Below are positions 60,872 to 64,000 of a DNA stretch of 64,000 bases, piece by piece (the stretch's first letter is position 1; the number at the start of each line of letters is the position of its first letter). Below the pieces are notes generated by a model. It saw nothing but the letters and a program-made list of their open reading frames with translations, made no database searches and was not told the DNA's origin. Location: contig MU053758.1 in NCBI GenBank assembly GCA_013239625.1, positions 3,829,490 through 3,893,489 on the forward strand. The letters run 5' to 3'. A program made the position numbers and the translations under genes. This DNA is from Lama guanicoe. Lineage: Eukaryota.

Positions 60872-63656
60872 TCATCGGCTCGATGATCTGCAGCTTGTCC
60901 GGCTGGCCCGAGGGAGGCCCCCACGGGAGCACTCACCTTTCTGGACCATCTTCTGCTTCAGCTGCCGCCTGTAATGGGCGTCCTGCCAGCTGGCCAGTTG
61001 CTGGAGGACATACTTCATGTCCAGGTGCGAGGAGCCCAAGCCGCTGGCCTCCAGAGCTGAGGTCACCACACTCATTCGTGCTGCCTCATCCAGCTCGGGC
61101 TCCACCTCCTCCCAGGCCTCAGCCTCTTCGGACACCAGCTCTGCCTCTTCTGTGCCCCCCTCCTCGGCTGGCACCATGTCTTGTGTGGCCCCCAGCTCCT
61201 CCTCGGGCACCAAATCCTCCGCAGGCACGAAATCCTCTGCTGGCATCAAACCTTCCTCGGCCTCGAACCCCTGTCCCCGCTCTCGCTCCTGACTGTGGCG
61301 CAGCTCGTATCTGGGCAGGGAGACAGGAAAAGTCTTTCCCTACCCTCACCAAGGCCAGAGCCCCCATCTTCACTCTTCCGGGACATCTCCAGCCACTGGG
61401 GCTGAGGAGTTCTCCTGCCCTCCTGCAAGTCAGCACAGTGATTACTCCCAGTCATCCCAGCCAAGGGGGAAGGCAGCTGGGTACCAGCCTCAAGGCTTCA
61501 AACACCCAGCTCGTGAACCTGGTAGAAAGAATGGGTCACCAACACTGCCTAGGCCCCGCCTTCCCCCAGTCCCCCAACCCTGCCACACGGAACCGACCAA
61601 CAGGAATAACGTCCCCTCTGTCCACATCGTTCATTATTTAACCTTCACAAGCCATCCCACAGCTAGTGGCCATAGGAACAAATCCATTTCAGCAGGGCTC
61701 AGACAGGTCAAGTAGCTTGCCCAAGGACACACAGCCAGTAAAGGGATCAAGCTGGGACTCAGTCCCAGCTGTTCCCAGCTTCTAGGCCAGTGCCCATTAG
61801 CCTCTCAGCCCTTGGCCAGGTGAAGGCAAGGCTTTGGTCCCGACTTGGAGAAGCCTCCAGGCAGACAGCCACCTACGCGGCAAGAGGTAAAGGCAAGAGA
61901 GGCACCTCCTTCCCAGAACAACTCAGCCCAGCCACCCCAGAGAGCAGGCCCTTCTCTAGGGTTTTAGGATCGCAGAACCAGCTGAAGGTGGTTATCTGGC
62001 CACTGAAAGGTGAGGGCAGGTGAAGGGGGAGCCCCTGGCTGGCTTACCCCGGGTCTGACGTCCCCTCTGGAGTCACCTCATAATTCCTTCAACAGAGAAA
62101 AGGGCTTTCACTGTCAACAGAAGCTGAAAGTGCAAAGTCCCTGGGGCCTTGTCATGCAGGAAAACCCCAGGGAGAAATGATGGACCCAGACTGTGTGCAC
62201 AGAGGAAAGACGTTGAGTGGAAGAGGCGGGAGGACCAACTAGGTGGGTGGAGGAGGCAGGAGGAGGGGCACCACGGGGGAAGGGAGGTCAGAGCCTGAGG
62301 GCAAACCCTTCCCACCACCAGAAAGGCTGCTGCCCACCAGGCAGGCCAGGATGAGTGCAGGACTGGCAAGGGTCTGGGGACCGGGAGCACACCTTTCCAT
62401 AAAAAACACAGGGTCTGAGATAATCCTCCTTAGAGATGTCCTGAGCTCCTCAGCCAGGGTCTCCTGGAAATCAGGAAGCACCTCCTGAGGTGGAGAGAGG
62501 GGAACGTTACCAGAGGATCCCTGCAGAACCTTCCACCCTGCGTACATCTAGGCACAGGAGGGGACTGCGGGTAGACACAGGGCGCACAGAGGTTGAAAGG
62601 CAGGCAGCCAGGGGGCCTCACCAGAGGTACAGTGTATGCGTAGCGGGTGACGGAGCCAGCGGGTGCCCGGGCTTGCTGGCGGGGGGTCTTCGCCTCCTCC
62701 CGGGTCTCAATCAGCACGCCCCCGCACTCCGTGTACTTCTCCCGCAGGTCCTGCAGCTGGGAACCCCCACAGGTTCTGCCAGGACCCAGGCACACCCAGC
62801 CCAGACACCAGACCCACATAATGACATGCAGGGAGACCCTGGGCAGGACCCTGGCCTCCACCCCACTCAGACTCAAACTGAACAGCCACCTGCCAGGCCC
62901 TGTGCCAGAGACAGAGGGGATGGAAAGGACAGACCCAGGTCCCACTGCAAGGAGCTCGTCCTCTCAGGAGAGTCAGGCAGCTGCCCAAGGACCCCGGCAC
63001 CCCACTGCTTGGGGCTGAGGGCTCTAAAGAGCCAGGCCAGGAGCCCAGGGGGTGCCTCACCTGGTCCTGGAGCTGCATCTGGATTTCTTTCTCCGAAGCC
63101 AGCTGCTGCTGCAACTTCTCTGTCTCAGCCCCATACTGGAAAGACCCAAGACCGGTGAACCCCCACCCCAGACCTCCCCATTCCCACGCACCCACTGCTT
63201 CTGGCAGGTCTTGTCAGGCATATCAGAGAGTCTTTGGTAGCCCTTTAAATAAGAAGTCATATGGAATGAGGTCAAAGAAGGTGGGGGAGTCATGTGGCCT
63301 GGTTCCTGGAACACTCTATGACTCTGGAATCAGTCCCCAACTTGGGATGAGGTGGCAGGATTAGGGGCTCTCTGAGGTCTCCTCCAACTCTGACCGGGAC
63401 ACAGAGAGGGGGCCTTGGGCCTCTGAGCCGAGAGCTCCATGGGGTGGGGGGAGGGAGAAGGGGGCGGGGTCCCCAGGGGCCATGGGACGGTGACAAGACG
63501 GAGCCCCGCTCACACCCCTACACACCGACTGGCAGCGCTGCTGCAGCTTCATGACCTGGGTCCGCAGCTGGGCCATCTCCTTCTGCTGCTCCTCATAGTT
63601 CTCCATCCTGAGCGCCAGCACCTCTGACAGCTCAGCCATCTGCTGGCTGGCCTCCG
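60872..63656 (-). CDS. HAP1: Huntingtin-associated protein 1, 3' part, A-type C-terminus; exons 63526..63656, 63061..63135, 62393..62484, 62048..62086, 60872..61310 (5' exons beyond the window)
   Basis: Phase-consistent GT-AG exons: EASQQMAELSEVLALRMENYEEQQKEMAQLRTQVMKLQQRCQS / YGAETEKLQQQLASEKEIQMQLQDQ / EVLPDFQETLAEELRTSLRRIISDPVFFMER / NYEVTPEGTSDPG / YELRHSQERE...DMKYVLQQLASWQDAHYRRQLKQKMVQKGECSRGGLPRASRTSCRSSSR*. Synteny EIF1-GAST-HAP1. Confidence 0.95.
62622..62775 (-). other. HAP1: HAP1 cassette exon carrying an apparent 2-nt deletion (154 nt)
   Basis: CAG|AACCTGTGGGGGTTCCCAG...CCTCTG|GTGAG. The HAP1-like peptide GSQLQDLREKYTECGGVLIETREEAKTPRQQ...YTVPL is out of frame with the acceptor. 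Confidence 0.75.
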
Positions 63657-64000
63657 CTGGGGAGCAATGGGGAGGGGTCAGCCCTGGCTCCCCAGGCCCT
63701 CAGGCTCCCAGACGCCTCTGTCTGCCTGCACCCCTCAGCTCCCGCTGAGTACCCGAGGTTCCACAAGGCCTAGCATCCCTCACTTGGGTCTTCTTTTCAA
63801 TAAACGTTTATTGACTGACAGAGCCGGGTGCTAGGTGAGCAGTCGGCAAGACCTGACCCCAGCCCACACTGAGCTCAAGACTCATGCAAAGACTGAGGGA
63901 GAAAGAAATCACAATCGTGCACATTACGGGCTGGGATGCAGCGCACGTAAAGGGTGCACCGGGGGGTCACAGCTGCAGCAGCCAGACCAGCCTTCGCGGG

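Noticed and set aside
60838..61641. Plus-strand ORFs (267 aa and a Ser-rich 91 aa) as an antisense gene
   Set aside because: Shadows of the Glu-rich HAP1 exon on the opposite strand; no independent promoter or splice evidence.

Overview
Mammalian genomic DNA, probably a camelid or related artiodactyl (inferred from the tRNA-derived SINE family, the L1 3' ends and the compact gastrin gene). Gene order matches the end of the type I keratin cluster: KRT42-like (-, exon 1 only), ~38 kb intergenic DNA, EIF1 (+, complete, 113 aa), GAST (+, complete, 104 aa) and the 3' half of HAP1 (-). The rest is ordinary mammalian repeats (L1, L2, MIR, LTRs, hAT elements, SINEs) plus two short N gaps. I found no convincing new biological system. 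The notable observations are lineage-specific changes in known genes and local structure: a 2-bp frameshift in KRT42 exon 1; loss of the Arg57-Arg58 convertase site in progastrin; a frameshifted HAP1 cassette exon; stop-codon loss extending the HAP1B-type tail by 52 aa; an orphan ~50-bp keratin coding fragment inside L1 sequence; a duplicated CTCF+ETS module among co-oriented CTCF-like motifs; and nested transposons with readable target-site duplications. Ortholog comparisons and repeat family names are from memory and were not searched; single-base lesions could be assembly errors.
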